Of a stretch of DNA of 64,000 bases, positions 62,482-64,000 are shown in pieces; position 1 is the first letter of the stretch, and each line of letters begins with the position of its first letter. The notes below the pieces were generated by a model that had not been told where the DNA came from, searched no databases, and worked only from the letters and a program-made list of their open reading frames with translations. The DNA comes from a virus: the IMG/VR virus record IMGVR_UViG_3300009550_000009; one strand, 5' to 3'. A program made the translations under genes and the position numbers.

Positions 62482-62921
62482 AAACCTCGAAATTTGACAA
62501 CTTAAATGATGCATTTAACGTAGAGTCAATATCTCCAGACAAGATAATTCAATCGACAGAAGATACGCAGATAATTAAAAAAGATGTATTAGATAGTGTT
62601 AACGAAGATATAAAAAAAGATTACAAATATACAAGAGGTCAGTTATATTCTATAATCGAAAAGGGACAGGAGGCTATTAATGGAATACTTGAGTTAGCGC
62701 AAGAAAGTGAGATGCCAAGAGCGTATGAAGTTGCAGGACAATTAATCAAAAACGTATCTGATGCAACAGATAAATTAATGGATCTTCAGAAAAAACTCAA
62801 GGATGTGAATAAAGAAGAGGAACAGAAGGGGCCATCGACAGTCAATAACGCTTTGTTTGTTGGATCAACATCAGAGTTATCTAAACTGTTAAAGTCTGAA
62901 ATCGATAAGGGTAATAAATAA
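62478..62921 (+). CDS. gp16: terminase small subunit gp16
   Basis: DY.YTRGQLY, PRAYEVAGQLIK, NNALFVGSTSEL. Confidence 0.9.
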   Translation: MKTSKFDNLNDAFNVESISPDKIIQSTEDTQIIKKDVLDSVNEDIKKDYKYTRGQLYSIIEKGQEAINGILELAQESEMPRAYEVAGQLIKNVSDATDKLMDLQKKLKDVNKEEEQKGPSTVNNALFVGSTSELSKLLKSEIDKGNK

Positions 62922-62960
62922 ATCAGGGAGAGGAATCCCGAAGTAATATTTACTCATACA

Positions 62961-64000
62961 ATGTCGGATAAACTACCGTCAATAGAAGATTTCACCATTG
63001 TTGGTGATCTTCCATCAGTTGACGACTTAATAACTGAAGAAAAATTACCCTCATTGGACGAGTTCATTGAGAAAGAGGACGAAGATGAAGTAGAAGATAC
63101 TGCACCGTGTTCTATAGAAGAGAATATAACAGAGAAAGAAAAACAAGATTTAACAGAGATTTTACGTCTTATAAATGACGTAAGAAAAGATATTCCTGAG
63201 ATTCCAGAGATAAAATCTTATGATGAAGAATTACAAAAGATATCAGAAAATATAGAAGAAGTCAGATCAGAGATTCCTGAAATTCCTGAAGTTAAATATT
63301 ATGACAATGAGATAGAAACTGTTCACAAATTACTTGATGATTTAAAAGAAGAGATAAATCGAAACGCTGCCGATATACCTGAAATTAAATATTATGATGA
63401 GCAGATTAATGAATTAGATGAAAAAATAAAAAATCTGCCAGAGATAAAACATTATGACAGTGATTTAACTTCTTTGAAAGAAGATATCATTGCAGTTAAA
63501 GAATCTATACCAGTATTTCCTAAATGGGTAAATGAAGTTAATGAAGTCCCTGATTTTTCATGGATTGGAAAAACATTTAGTGTCATTGATGATGATTTTG
63601 TAAAAGTAAATGATGGAATGGATTCGATAAAAAATCGAATCAATAGAGAAGTTCAAGAAATTGCGGAAACATTTGAAGTTAAGGAATTTGAAAATAAAAT
63701 AGAAGTAGAAAAAATTACAAAAAATTTAAAAGAGACTAAAGATAAAATTTTCAAAGAACTAAGAGAAGCGGCTTTAAAGATATGGGATCACCATCACGAA
63801 TTTAAAGATGATGATCGTAAATTAAAAAAACAAATACTTAGTCATTATAATGCTTTAAAACAGAAAGTAGATAGTGAAGTTAAAGAATTTAATCGTAAAA
63901 ATTTAGAAACAAAAGATTTATCAAAAGGATACTTTGATACATTAGCAGAAGAAATATCTAATCTTCCCATTCCAAAATATTATGATGATAATATTAAAAA
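62961..64000 (+). CDS. acidic coiled-coil repeat protein (partial, runs off the window)
   Basis: Open from ATG 62961 to the end; LPS.(D/E) x3 and PE(I/V)K.YD repeats; ATAAATA at 62914; absent from the ORF track. Confidence 0.85.
   Translation, partial: MSDKLPSIEDFTIVGDLPSVDDLITEEKLPSLDEFIEKEDEDEVEDTAPCSIEENITEKEKQDLTEILRLINDVRKDIPEIPEIKSYDEELQKISENIEEVRSEIPEIPEVKYYDNEIETVHKLLDDLKEEINRNAADIPEIKYYDEQINELDEKIKNLPEIKHYDSDLTSLKEDIIAVKESIPVFPKWVNEVNEVPDFSWIGKTFSVIDDDFVKVNDGMDSIKNRINREVQEIAETFEVKEFENKIEVEKITKNLKETKDKIFKELREAALKIWDHHHEFKDDDRKLKKQILSHYNALKQKVDSEVKEFNRKNLETKDLSKGYFDTLAEEISNLPIPKYYDDNIK

Overview
AT-rich fragment of a T4-like marine cyanomyophage (Kyanoviridae-like; a Prochlorococcus/Synechococcus-type host is inferred). 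All credible genes are on the + strand. (1) 1-17.6 kb: tandem array of 12 paralogous six-repeat (Kelch-like beta-propeller) proteins, interrupted by a coiled-coil/glycosyltransferase/Thr-rich/sulfotransferase block and followed by two 2OG-Fe(II) oxygenases and a radical SAM enzyme. (2) 17.6-31 kb: hyperplastic region of small ORFs organised as cassettes headed by 23 copies of a fixed-length 26-bp element (TGAWACCnnYAAAnTGT-N8-T, then a purine). The element supplies stop codons to upstream genes, is associated with gene-truncation scars, and also heads two structured non-coding RNA candidates. (3) 30.5-31.5 kb: non-coding hub with four DnaA-box matches, divergent sigma70-type promoters and an AT-rich tract (candidate origin). 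(4) 33.8-64 kb: virion module gp25, gp6, gp7 (4379 codons, broken by one in-frame TGA), gp8, VrlC-like protein, gp13, gp14, gp15, gp16 and a partial repeat protein. All calls come from reading the sequence by eye; no database searches were run.
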